In this document: piece after piece, positions 40,401-52,598 of the stretch
How positions within the stretch are numbered: the first letter of the stretch is position 1
How the letters are laid out: every line of letters begins with the position of its first letter
DNA from: Euglena gracilis
Lineage: Eukaryota
NCBI GenBank assembly: GCA_039621445.1
Contig: CP154954.1
Span: 36,317,703-36,381,702 of the forward strand
DNA: 64,000 nucleotides
Reading direction: 5' to 3'
Position numbers and translations under genes: made by a program
Notes under the pieces: model-generated
The model's database searches: none
Seen by the model: only the letters and a program-made list of their open reading frames with translations
Told to the model about the DNA's origin: nothing

Positions 40401-43400
40401 TTCAGCATAAATCGGGGTGGGGGGGCGTGGTTTTCGGGGCCAGATTGCCTCAATGCCAGGAACTGGGGGGGTGCCAAAGCGTACGACCAGCCCCCGGGAC
40501 CAGGTCAGCTGGGTTCCCCACCCCCAAACACCCATTATCACCGGAACCACTGCTGATCATTTTGGAGTTTCGATTTTTCCTCGGGTTGAGCCTAGTTCCC
40601 TCCAGGGAACCCCTATGGGGGGAGAAAGGGTGGGGGGGGGGGAGGTGTTCGGGGTTCAGTTGGGGGTGTTCCCCCGACCAAGGGGGGGGGCCTCCCACCT
40701 GCCCTTATATCAAAGCTTGATCTGAAGGACGTCGTCCGATGTCCACGCCCCCAACCCCAAAGGCCCATTGTCTTCTGCACGCCACCCCAAAGCCATCCCC
40801 GATGTGCATCGCCGGCCCCGGCATCAACGCATTGCCATCCCGGGAGGCGTCGCCCCCACCTTCCGCCCCCCCCCCCTCCCCCGCTTGGTGGGCAGGCGGT
40901 CCCCGGGGACGAGTTTGCGTTCTGGCGGTTCCGGGCCCGCATCCTGCTGGACATGTTCCCGTGCCTGCGGCCGCTGCGGCTGTTGCTCTTCACCGGCAGC
41001 GGCTGGAGCAAGGAGAAGGACTGCCCCGGCCGGCGAGGGGCTCTGGCGCCGCAAACTTGCCTTCGGAATGGTGTGTGTGCCTTGTGCTGAAACACACACA
41101 CATGCATACACACAATATGTGCATTGGTGTGCGCATGGACGCATACTCCAAAAAGCATATGCCTCTCGTCGGCGCCAAGACCAGCTTCCATTGCGTGTGG
41201 CCCGACATCCACGTCGACACGGAGCGCGCCCACGTGGTGCGCCTCAAGACGGTGGGCCAGGCCCGATACCCCGATACCCCGATGCCCCGATGCCCCGATA
41301 CCCCCACTACACCACACTGCACCGTGACGGCCGGGTGGGGGGGGGGGTGCCCCCATGCGCACCGGCCCGGCGCCTGCCTCGGACGTCCTGAACGCCGCGT
41401 CGCAGGGGCCGTGGGGCCCGCTGGCCGGCCTCTCGGCCAACCTGCTGGCGGTGATGGCCGACCCGACGGGCCGCGTGCCACCCCCGCCCCCGGCGGAGCT
41501 GTGGAACGTCGTGTTCGACATCACCGCCGTGCGCGCCGCCCGGCCCGCCATTGCCGCCTTGCCTCCGCCTTTCCGGCCGTTCGCCACGCTGTGCCTGGGA
41601 GTTGCATGCTGACAGGCAGGCAGGCAGGCAGGGGTTTCCTTCGGCCGGAGAGGACACTCCCCCCCGGGGGGTCCAGCCAGCTAGAGGTTTTTTTTCAGCA
41701 GGAGGCCCCATCTGGGCTTTGGACCCCCGCGGGTTCACTGAAATAAAGTTGGGACTGGGAAAAAAAATGGTTTTCGGCACAAAGCACCGTAAACTCTGGA
41801 ACTTGGACAGCGCAAACCAGTATTTTCGAGGGGTTTTGGGTGTTCCACCTCAAATATTTGGTTGGAAAATCCAACCCAGCTGGATTTGGGGTTGCTTGTC
41901 CGTTTTCAGGTATCCCTCAGCCGGCCGGACCCCCCACGGAAAGCTTGAGCTTGAGCAGTTCCATTTTACACCGTGATGTAACACTGGGGGGTTTCAATCA
42001 TTATTTTTTTTGATTTGCTGTAAACGCCCAGCAATGGTCAACCTTTCAAGTGGCAATCTGTCGGAGGGTACATCTTCTGCTCTGTACACAGAGAGCTTCA
42101 TACACACATGTGCATATTTGTGTGCGGTGGATGTGCATTTTTGTTGTTTTGTTGCGAGAAATCATTGATTGCAGGTGGCGTCAGGCATGAATGGCGGACT
42201 GCCACAGGAAGCCTGAGGATGCCACTCAACGACAAGTGGCACCGCGGGACGCACCGGCGTGAGGGCAACCCAGGGGTGGCGGCAACGCAGGTCCAGCCAT
42301 CACTTTGAGTGTCGCTGAGGGCAAGGCAGGGTTCGATATAAGGAGGGCGTTCAAGGTGAAGGTGCGGGTGTACCCCCTGCTGGACTGGGGGACACCCCAC
42401 CTGACCCACCTGCCAAGGGGGGGATGTACCCGGGACCCCCCAAAACGTCAAAATTTTCCTTCTGGCGTTTTGCGCCGAAAATTTTTGCATTTTGGACAAA
42501 TTTTTGCCCAAGAAGTGCCCAAAACGGCATCTTTGGCCGTCTTTGGGGCAGAGATTTTCGGTCCAGCAAATCGCGCCAAGACCGACAATCACCGACACCG
42601 GTGACTCTGATTTTGATTGACACCGGTGACACCGGTCACCGGACTGCGCCTGTTTAGGGAAGGGGTGTCCCTTCCCTCCTGGACCGAAGAGGGTTCTGAA
42701 CTCCTCGGGCAAGGACCACCACCCCATTTTTCGAGTACCATTTCTGTGTAGTTTATCTTTTATACTGGGGTGAGATTTCAAGGTTTTTATTGGGGGGGGC
42801 ACATTTCACCCTCAAAAATTCGGGTCCAGAAACACACGTGTGCTTTCCAACATTTCTTAGCTGGGCACCATTTGTAAGGGAAAATGATGGTTCACACTGA
42901 ATAACAAAAAAATTGCCACACAATGATATTTTTTTCGTGATTTGCTTTTTGCGATTCCATCAGGGGAGGGGAGGGGAGGGGCGTGCAGCTCTGATTTTAA
43001 TGTCCTGGCAGGGGGTTGTGATATCCGGGGGGTCACAGCAGTGCGCCGCCCCTGCCCCCGGCCCATCGTGCCCGTGGGGGTGTTCGACTTCGGCGTGCAC
43101 CCGCAGTGGCCCGCCAGCCTGCCGGTGATGCGCCAGGCGGCCCAGCCGTGGGAGCTCCCGGAGGCGGAGTGGGTCCGGCTGGGCAGTGTCCGCCGCAGCC
43201 CGGAGGTCCCCCTGCCCGGGATGGCCATGCTCCCTCTTTGCAGCCGACCGTCACTGAGGTTGGGATAGGTCTACTTCCAACTTGGTCACCATTGTTTTGC
43301 CCAGGTTTGTGGTGGCATCACTGCAATCAATTTCTGGTGACACCCTGTCCGTGCATACACCCTCGCACGCACGCACACGCGTGCACACATACACACAACG

Positions 43401-46400
43401 TACAAACAGAAACACACACACACACACACAGAGAACAACGCAGCACAACACAACACAACACAACACAACACAACACAACACAACACAACACAACACAACA
43501 CAACACAACACAGCACAGCACAGCACAACACAGCACACGAACATACAGGCACACACAGTGCCCACAGCTTTGCTCTGAGACAAATCCTTGGCCACCCCGC
43601 CCCCAACGCCGTGGATCACGCCCAGACCTTAACTCGAAGGTGCAACCCTGCCAGACTCAAATGGTACAAAAATGACGTTGATCAGCATTGTGAATTTTTG
43701 GTCATAACATGTGTTTCGAAACCGACAGAATCCCATCTTTGGCCATCTTCCCCCATCTTTGGCCATCTGTCTCTTCACTGAAACGGTTGCCACCAAACCA
43801 TCCCCTCCGTTTTATCGTCGGCCGCCAACCCAACTCCAACGTTGCCATTCCGATTTTCGAACTCAAAAAAAAAACTCACCCCACCCCCTCGGGCCATCAC
43901 CTCCCCCCACCCCCCGGCCCCCGGCCGGGGTAGGGTCTGGCCCCTCCCATCCCCCACGCCAGCTGGCGGGCGCGGCGCCGGCCGACCGCCCACAGCAGCG
44001 TCCGCCGCCGCGCCAAAAGTTCACAAACATCTTCTGTGGGGAGGGGTGACAAATTGGGCAGCACGGAGGGGGGTGACAATTTCCCAGGGTGACAAATTGG
44101 CCCAACGTTCCCGCTGTTTGAGAGACAATCTCTCTCGAGCAAATACACAAGAGGTGTTCAAGCATTTTCCCTCGCCATAGTTGTTTTGGGGCCCTTGTCC
44201 TACCTCGGATTTTTTTGGACTTCAAAAAATTCAGGAGTTAATAACCCCCCCCCCCCTGGGCCGGAAAATAATACCCGGGGGGTATTATTTTATTATTTTG
44301 GGAGGGGGATTCAGATGGTGGGACACTGATTTGAAAAGGCATCTGCAAACCGCCACATTGGGTGGGACACGGCCAGGGAGGCGTTGGAGAGCCATTTCAT
44401 TTGCAGTGTTCGGCCCGAGACCCCGGCCCCCGCCCCGAGGTGGCTGGGGGAGGGCAGGCCTGCGGCACAGCCGGCGCTCTGCGTCCTCCGCCGTCTCCGG
44501 GGCGGCGGCCCTTTTTGCCGACACGGCTCGATTGATCTTATATTTCGCTACAACCTGCTGAGAAATGTCACATACCAAATGCTCTGCACAATATCACAAC
44601 CATAGCTGCATTTTTGCGTGTTCACTGGTGTTTCAGATGGTGTTCTTGGTCATTTGAATTTAACGTGGCCTACATGGGTGGGCAATTGACGCCCCCGGGC
44701 AATTGACGCCCCCGGGCAATTGTCACCCCCCTCTGTGCCGGCCAAATTGTCACCCCGGGAAATTGTCACCCGTGCTGCCCGATTTGTCACGCGACAATTG
44801 CCCGGGGGGGCGGGTACCAATTTTTAAAGTTCTTGTGTGGTTTTTTAAGGCCCTTAAAAAGAATATTGCCTACCGGCAACACGTGGGAAGTCCTTTGCAG
44901 GGGGATATTTACTCCTCGGTCGAAGTCCGACCCTCAGGGACATTATTTTGGGTGGTTTTACTCCCACTTGATGTGTGCCTCCCCCGTCGTGCACACCAAA
45001 ACTGACACCTATGGATTTTGGGGCTGCTTCCCACTCTCCATATTTGCACATTCATACCGACCATCTCCTGCCGACCAATGAAAATGCTTTTTTTTGCGCG
45101 CTTTCTGTTCAAGCTCAAGTATTGTCAAGCAAGGTCATGGTGCTGAATTTACAAAAAATGAATGCTGCAAATCGCATAGTGTCATCAATCGTTGAGAAAA
45201 GTGGAAAGTTTACCCACACCCCCCAGTCCTCCTCCCACCTCCTTCCCCCAGCGGCCTCCCCCCCCCCCCCCGCATTTCATTCACAGGCCCCACCCCAAGC
45301 CCAGCCCTCCTCCCCAACCGTCCCCCTCCCTCTTCCATCGTCCTCCCGCGCCGCAGGTTCACGGGGCCGCCGGAGGCCCTCATGGCCCACCTCGACGGGT
45401 GCTTCCCGGAGGAGCACCTCGGCACGCTGCAGCAGGTCCCCGGGGGGGACTGGGTGTGGAAGCGGAAGGGCCTGAAGGGGGCCGTCCCCGCGGGCCGCCG
45501 CCTCGGTTGGGGCGCAGCAGGGCTGCTGTTCACTGGGCTGCGGGCTGGGCTCCACCACCCCACCTGCTGTGTGTTGGCGACCAACCGCAACTGCAAATTA
45601 ACTTAATTAGCTTAATTACCTTAAATAGCTGAAGAAGAATAAAAACAGGCAAACCCTGGAGGTTTGGCTTGGGCGGTTCTACAACCCTCCCAGATGAACG
45701 TGTCATCACAGCAGAACCTTAGTGTTTGACCATTCACCACCACCGGAATGTCCATGACATACATGCTATTTTGAATTGCACACATGCCAGATGAAAGCAG
45801 TGGGTTCCGACTTCGTCTCCCCCTCCTTCTAGTGCCCCTTCCGGCCACTCATTTTTAATCTTCAGAACGAAGCGTGACACTGCTTCCTCCTGGCCGCTTT
45901 AAAATTTTTTGGGAGTTTCTGTTGCACCTCCTCCTGCCCCTCATTTCTGCCGATTGACGTCCAAAACGAAGCGGGTTTTGGCAATCTCCGCTTCCCCTTC
46001 TCTTCCCATCTTCGCTAAAACCCCCATTTTGGTCATTTTGCATTTTGGCGACTCGGCATACAGTGGAACTGGGCAATGACGAAAAGTTGTTTTCGCTTCG
46101 CCTGAAAATTTTGTGTACTTTTCGCCGTCGACTTCCACTGAAAGCATGCCCCTTTTTTGCTCATTTGGGCCTCTTGTAGAAATCCAGTACTCCAAACCAA
46201 AACGGACTGTTCCAAAAAAGGGTAAAAATTTTTGGGGGTCGAACGAAGCGGATTTCCACTTCCTTCTCCGCTTCAAACCTTCAAAAATTTTTGGGCAACT
46301 TACGAACATGCCCAACCTGGCCCAGCCTGGTCCAGATGGGGCCTTGCAAAATGACACACGAATGCAGGGGGAGGGAGGAGCCAGGGGGGGGATATGCACC

Positions 46401-49400
46401 GTGCAGTTTTTGCAGTTTTTTTTTGCAGTTTTCACGTTTTGGGTTTTTTTGCAGTTTTTTTTGCAGTTTTTTGCAGTTTTTTTTGCAGCTTTTTTTGAAG
46501 AAGAAAAAAAAACTGCACAGATGCAGTTTTTTGCAGTTTTTTTTATTCCAATTTTGAGGAAACCTGACATGTCTGTTTTTTTTTGGTGCTGGATTATATG
46601 TTTTGAAGGGTGTTTCTCAAGAAAAGGCATCATCTCTCAGGAGTTGTGTTGTCTACAGTTATCCCACCAATTGTTTTGCCCCCAACTGTCTTGCCAACTG
46701 CCTTGCCTCTTAAACAACACAGATTAGTGCAGCCACCATTCCAAAAAAACAACAACAGATTGTCTCGGTGACAAGACCACAATTACTCCCCAACCAAAAT
46801 TGCTCCATCTCCAGCCTGTGCTGACAGATGTGACGATGCTCATTTTGGCAAGTGTCATTTGTGCACTCCTGAGCAGATTCAACTATTTATGTCGGGATTC
46901 CTAGGGACTAAATACAAAAACTGTTTTTTTTTTGTGCAAATTTTGGTTGCAGTTGGAGTTGAGGATTTCGAAATTCATGGTGCTGCAAAGGAGCTTCTGA
47001 AGAAGATTGGGTCTTGCCCCAAGCATTGTGGCCAAATGTCACATAAGCCAAATGCTTCAAAGAGCAAGAAGTTCTTTCTTATTTGCAAGAAATTCCCAGG
47101 TTGTAGACCATTTGGCATTCCCCTAAGGACAATGTTCAAAGTTTGTGGTGGTTTTTGTAGATTTTTTTTCATCGTGACATGGGGAAATTTTACCAGGTGA
47201 TGGACCGGAAGTTCCAAACTGAACATCCCCTGCAAGAAATGAAAGCATTGAAAATTTCTGTGTATGGGTAAATGTGCATTTTCCCCATATTTAGAAAGAC
47301 AGCCGTTTGGCATCTTTGTGGGCATGGTCGGCACAAGTTTTGATGCAGGAAAACCGATGTGACCCGGCATCCGGACACATGACTTGCATTTCAGTGCATG
47401 AAAAACCATGCACAGTGCACCTTGATTGATTGCTCCCATTTTTGTCGTCATCGGCTCCAAAGCCGTGCAAAAAAAAAGTTAGGTGAATTGGGGCATGCTC
47501 ATGTGGTAGCAATTTACGTTGTTTTGCATATGCATACCCTTTCAGCTTGTTTATTGTTATTTTTTGTTGAAGTGCAGTTTTTTGCAGTTTTTTTTTGCGG
47601 TGCAGTTTTTGACAGGCCCGTGCAGGCCCGTGCAGTTTCTCCCCCTGGAGGAGGTTTAGAAATGTCTTATGGGAAACTTGGTTGTCAACGAGTTGTTGTG
47701 ATTTGGCCCAGTTGTATTGCGGGACACGGAATGCCGTCTGGATGGTGCTGCAGCCGTCTTGTTTAATCCCTGGAACACCCACAGCTGTGCGCTTACAAAG
47801 GGAATGTGTTGTGCCCTCCTGACGAGCGCCGTCATGGCCCCGTGTGGGGCATTGCGGACATTGCGGAGCGGCACCTCAATTGAATGGGAGAGGGAGGGCA
47901 TCAGGGACGTTTTTGGCCAAATGTGATGGGTCTGAAGTTTTTTTGTGGGTTCAATAACGAGCTGGGATGCAGCATTGTGGAAGACGCGGGTGGTCCAGAG
48001 AGTGACCCTTTCCTGACATGAATATGTGGAGTGGCATCCAGCCTCAGTCATGAAGGTTTGATTTGAGCCGCTTCCTTGCAATGATGGGGGATGCAAGGGG
48101 GAAGGTGCTTGCCTGCCACAACACAGCGATGCCAACAACAGCAGCCGATTTAATTTTTAAGTCAACTCTGACATCCAAAATTTTGAAAAATTTTTGCGGT
48201 GCTGCTTTCGGGATCTTTGCCCAGTCAAATTTTCATTGGGCGGCCTAAGTTTGGCCTGATTGGCTTGTCACCGACCACAGTCAGAAGAAAGGTGTGGCGT
48301 GGCTTGCACCGCCTCACAACCTTGGAGGGTGTCGGTGACAATTCTGGGCGCTCAGGGGAGGGGATCCAGCGAATTGTGACACTGAAATTCTCAGGCACAT
48401 CAGAATGCTTTCATAAAAACCAGAATAACCTTCCGCGGCGGGGCAAAACGGTATTTTGTTTAGGAATTCTCGGATTCGGATCTCATAAACACAGTTAAAA
48501 ATATGAAAAGTCGCTTCTTGCTATGATGCCAAAAATTTTGGTAAGATTTTAGTTTTTCTTGTGGTTGTGGAGTTCTTTAACACAGCAACATCTTGGAGAT
48601 AAAACACTTGACCCATTCGAATCAGCCCACATGTATTTCATACCTTTAGATCGGAATGGTTTGGTGGCCATGAACACGGACACACTTTTTCCGTGGTTAT
48701 GTGCACGATTAGTTTCCTGTTTGTGATGAAAGCAGGCCGTTTCCAGGCTATTTGAAATCGCACTCTTTTTGACTCTGTTTCCACGCTTTTTGAATCTGGG
48801 ACACCCAGCCACCGATTGGATTTTCAAATGGCAGCCTTTAACTACTGCCCCCCCCCCCCGGGGTCCAGTAAACCCCCCCCCCAAATAACACCCCCCCCCC
48901 CGGGGGCCGATTTCGAGCGCCCAAATAACACACCCCCCTGTTTTCCTTCGGTTTTCCATGTAAAAATAACACCCCAAATAACACCCCCCCCCGGGGCCCC
49001 AGTTCGGGTGCCCAAATAACACACCGGGGGGGGGGGGTGTTATTTGGGGGGGGTTTAGTTAAACGGGGGAGGTAGGTCCACATTCTTGAGCACAAGCTGA
49101 GGGGGGCTTTCGACGACACGTTTTGGCTGTTTGGTGGTGTTCGTTATTTTTAGGGGCAGGGTTAGGGTTGCAATTGTTGTTAAGAAAGGGATTATGGTTA
49201 GGGTTAGGCCAAAGTTAGGGATTTGGGCCGAAATCAGGCCTAAATTTAGGCCTGAATTAGGCCGAATTTTAGTATTAGGCCGAATTTAGCTGAAATTTAG
49301 GCCAAAGGCCTAAACCCTAACCCTAACTCTATTCCCGAAACCTCACCCTAACCCTATTGTTTTCAATTAACCAAAAACCTAGCCCTACCCCAAGAGTAGG

Positions 49401-52400
49401 CCTTTCGTATTACCCCCCCCCCCAATTAAAAGCCCCCCAGGGCCACTATTCGGTCAGTCTGTGGAAAACCCGAGGGGGGGGCTTCTGCCATTTCTCAAAA
49501 AAAAAAGCAAAGTCTGTTATGTTTGGATATATTGTTTAACTTGAAGGATTTGCTATACTTAAAAAATGTCTATTTTGCACACAGTTGTATCAAAATGGTA
49601 CCCTCCCCAAATTCAGGGGTTATTGGTTTGAGGTTTATGCTGATTTCTTTTTGTACACTTTTTATGCCCAAAGTACACGTTTGTTGAAATTTTTTGGTGT
49701 TTTGCAGTCCGTCGTTTTTTTTTTTAATTTGACTCCAGAAACGGGGCGTGACCCAGGCTTGGTGCACAATTGGGGCCCGCTTCAAAACGCCGGGACCCAA
49801 CAGGATATGTTTGAAACCGGCTCGCCTCGCGGTGATGCCGTTGCATCAACCGGTGTAGCACCGCCTTTCTCGTCCTGGCAAGGCAAACGTTGAACCGTCG
49901 GGTGCCGGGGCCTCCCTGTGGGTGGGGCGGCGGCCCGGACTTGCTACTCCCCCGGCCTGGGGCTGGTCCGGGTGCTGGGCAACCCGGAGCAGCAGGTGTT
50001 CATGCTGGACCTGTGCCAGAGCCAGGCCCCTGCTTGCCCTTGAGTTTGGGAGAAGTGCATAGTTTCTTTGACGTTGCTGGGATTTATTGTTTGAAGAAAA
50101 GTATATTTGTTGAGAACTTGGCACTGTGGAGAAAATTCTTTTCGGCAAGCATTGTACCTCCCCCCCCCCCACCTTGTCTAAGCACCATCCTTGTCTAAGC
50201 ACCCCCCCCCCGGTTCTTACCCATCTTTTTAAAGGTCATCGTCACGGGGATGTTTATTTCGTGTGCATTTTTAAGGGAAATTTCTCAAAAAGGTCGAAAT
50301 TTCTGCAACTTCTGAGACCTGATTTGGTGAGGTATTGTTGATTTCTGCATCCAAATGTGTGTAAGTTCAACATTGGACCTCCAAAATAAGGGGAATTTTT
50401 CGTTTTCAGCGCGAAGCGCCGGATTTTTTTTTTTGCAGTCAAATTTTCCCTTTTGTCAAAGCACCACCCCCCTGGTTCTTACCCATATTATGGCAGCGCC
50501 CCCCCCCCGGTTCTTACCCATCTTTTCGGTGCTTAGACAAGGGGGGGTTATATTGGTTTGCATTATTACCCCATCAGGGTGTCATTTTTTCCGCCCGGCC
50601 CAGGGGGGAATTCTTTTTGGGGGGGGTTAACTCCTGTATTTTTTTGAAGTCCAGGAAAATCCGAAGCGGGAGAGGGGCCCAAAAAAATGATGCAGCTCCT
50701 CCCTAAATAAGTTTTCGATTTCCTCCTGCCTCGCAAAGTTTCTTTGCGGGGAGCAGAAAATTTTCGGTCAATTTTTTTTGAAAAATCAACAAAAAGCAAC
50801 GGTGCATTCAGCAGTGCAACCCCTGGTCTGCCCTTTGTGACACTTGGCGGCAACACATGCAAAGTCTTGGCGGGGGGAGGACAGGGTATTAACTGAGTGT
50901 CGGTTTTGCACAGGGGAGAGTTGGGGGGTTTTATTTTTAGTTTGCGAAAGTTTACTAGATTTTTCTCACCAGAGGATCTCTCAAGTAAATTGCGCGTTCC
51001 GATTTATTCGTGAACAGTTGTTTTTTTGACACGATCCTTGGGTGATTATTTTGGCCTTTTGACTCACTTGTTTTCTGAAAATGGATTGTGAACCCACACC
51101 CGAGGGCCGGCCAGCAACGGCGTGGCCCCGGCTGGACAACGCCGTGGGAAGGCGTGCGGGGCGACCCTTTCCCACACCGCCGTCCCCCTGCGCTGGCGTT
51201 GGCGCGGCTGCCACAGACCCCCCCCCCCCCGACGCGTTGGCCCCCGGTCCATCCTGGGAGGGGGAGGGGGACGTTTCCTGCCGCCCCTTCGGCCCCACCA
51301 ATGCCTCCCAACAAACCACCGGCCATTGGCACCGAGCACCCCGCCCCCCCCCCCCGCCCCCTGTGACGTTGGGGGGCTCAAAAGGGGGGCCCCGGGGCCG
51401 CGCTGCCCCAGAAGCCCCTCGTCCCCGGCAAGGGCAAGGGCAAGGGCAAGGGCAAGGGCAAGGGCAAGGGGGTGAAGAGGAAGGCGGCAGCGACAGTTGG
51501 CCCCCCGGCCCGACGGCCGCGGCTACCCAGGGGGTGGCAGGGGGCGGCCTCCCCCCCCCCCTGGAATGCCCAGTGCCCACCAGAGTGACAAAACTCTAAA
51601 GCATCAAGGTGAAACCAAGGACAGAGGCCTCCAGAAGGCGGTGAACCAGTTCAGGCGGTGCCCCCACGTGTAAGTGGCAGGCCCACCAAGGTTCTGCTCC
51701 TCCAAACAGTGCCGTGTGCAAACTCTGATCCCTACCCATCTTTTTATCAAGGTCATCTGTGTGTGCATTGGAAGATTAAATTTAAAAGCCTCTGGTGAAG
51801 TAGCGTTTTCATATCTGCATACCCCCCCCAGTTGAACGCATTTTGACCTTTGAAATGTCTGGCAGATTTTTTTATGATCAGGTTGCCTCCCCATGTCTGA
51901 GCATGAGTGGGTCTGATTATGTTGCCATCTGCTCTCGCTGATCCATATTTCCGCCATCCATTCCTTTGCACTTCTCCACTTATCTATCTGACTTCTGAAG
52001 ATTTTGGGGTCAGTTCTTTCGTGATGCGTGGTGCGGGGCTTTCTGATTATTATTTTTTTGCAACGGTGGACTAAGTCCATTTTCAGCTTCTTTTGTTGTT
52101 TGTTGCTCGGGGCCGCCAGGCAGGGGCCGCCAACCCCCCCCCTCCCGCCCGCCCACCAACCCCTGGCCATGGCCCACGGTGTCCTCGGCGCCCTCTTCCT
52201 CGCCCGCCGGCACGGCCCCCCCGCCCCCGCCGCCCCAGTGCCCCAGCGGGCCCCCGGCCGGGTCGACTCCGCCGCGCGTGGCCCCCCCAGCCTGTCCCCA
52301 CCCTTGACCTCTGGGGGACGCACTCGAGAGCGGAAGCAGGGTTTGTGAACGGTAGTCGCTTTGGGGGAAAGATGCCCCAGAGACCCCGTGCGACGGTGCC

Positions 52401-52598
52401 GTGGCACGCCAAGGCAGGCGGTGGGCAGACCACCGCCGGGGCTGGACCGCTGGACCAGGGCCGGCCGGCCCGCCTGGCTCGGTGGGACGGGTGGGGGTGC
52501 ACGGGTTGGGGGGCGACGGCCCCGAGGAGCTGTCGGACTCCTCGCACGGCGGCAGCGACCCCTGGGGCAACACCACGGAGGACGAGCCCCTTCGATGA
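37430..52598 (+). CDS. Multi-exon gene for an archaeo-eukaryotic primase (AEP/primase-polymerase)-like protein; outer limits uncertain, possibly frameshifted
   Basis: Exons in order: ~38524-38621 PTHSSLMGG...GKLKVPDE; ~40699-40730 PLYQ/LDLKD; ~40893-41027 ...LLLFTGSGWSKEKDCP; 41177-41254 KTSFHCVWPDIHVD; 41382-41537 ...LWNVVFDITAVRA; 42207-42267 GSLRMPLNDK...EG; 43060-~43214 RPIVPVGVF...WVRLGSVRR; 45357-45487; 49943-~50019. Possible last exon ends at TGA 52598. Five junctions splice in frame under one intron rule. Confidence 0.68.
41028..41176 (+). other. Nonconventional (non GT-AG) intron, 149 bp
   Basis: CGGCGAGGGG at +4 pairs with CCTCTCGTCG ending at -6. Removal gives in-frame EKDCP|KTSFH. 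Confidence 0.75.
41177..41254 (+). CDS. AEP exon carrying motif II (KTSFHCVWP)
   Basis: SxH motif followed by hWP. Both flanking introns have paired ends and give in-frame joins. Confidence 0.8.
41255..41381 (+). other. Nonconventional intron, 127 bp
   Basis: CAGGC at +4 pairs with GCCTG ending at -6. In-frame LKTV|DVLN. Confidence 0.7.
41538..42206 (+). other. Nonconventional intron, 669 bp
   Basis: CGGCCCGCCATT at +4 pairs with AATGGCGGACTG ending at -6. In-frame AVRA|GSLRM. Confidence 0.75.
42268..43059 (+). other. Nonconventional intron, 792 bp
   Basis: CAGGGGTGGCG at +4 pairs with CGCCGCCCCTG ending at -6. In-frame REG-R-PIVP. Confidence 0.78.
43436..43537. repeat. (ACACA)n / (GCACA)n pentanucleotide microsatellite
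   Basis: Direct reading. Confidence 0.95.
46382..47646. mobile_element. Longer member of the CAGGGGG-GATATGCA TIR family
   Basis: Ends are CAGGGGGGGGATATGCA / TGCAGTTTCTCCCCCTG, with subterminal TGCAGTTTTT repeats at both ends. Flanks are GAGGAGC / GAGGAGG. Confidence 0.6.
49151..49391. repeat. Interstitial head-to-head telomere-like repeats
   Basis: TTAGGG/TTAGGC units on the left converge on CCCTAA units on the right. Confidence 0.7.
50157..50548. mobile_element. MITE with TA-flanked TIRs
   Basis: CCCC..CCTTGTCTAAGCACC ... GGTGCTTAGACAAGGGGGGG, with TA on both sides and internal CGGTTCTTACCCAT repeats. Confidence 0.7.
51426..51469. repeat. (GGGCAA)n hexamer repeat
   Basis: Direct reading. 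Confidence 0.9.

Larger units (their letters stand above)
45488..49942 (+). other. Nonconventional intron, 4455 bp
   Basis: Perfect 12-bp pair CGGGCCGCCGCC (45491-45502) / GGCGGCGGCCCG (49926-49937). In-frame KGAV-R-YSPGLGLVRV. Confidence 0.65.

Noticed and set aside
38622-40700. Exact exon structure between the VPDE exon and motif I (candidates ACHRAGRPL, VECTPQR)
   Set aside because: The peptides are plausible, but I could not find junctions satisfying either intron rule in frame, so they are not reported as features.
45941-47200. Possible transposase remnants (for example FGLEYW on the - strand) inside the long intron
   Set aside because: No DDE/D or other convincing motif series, and the ORFs are dominated by low-complexity TGCAGTTTTT repeats.
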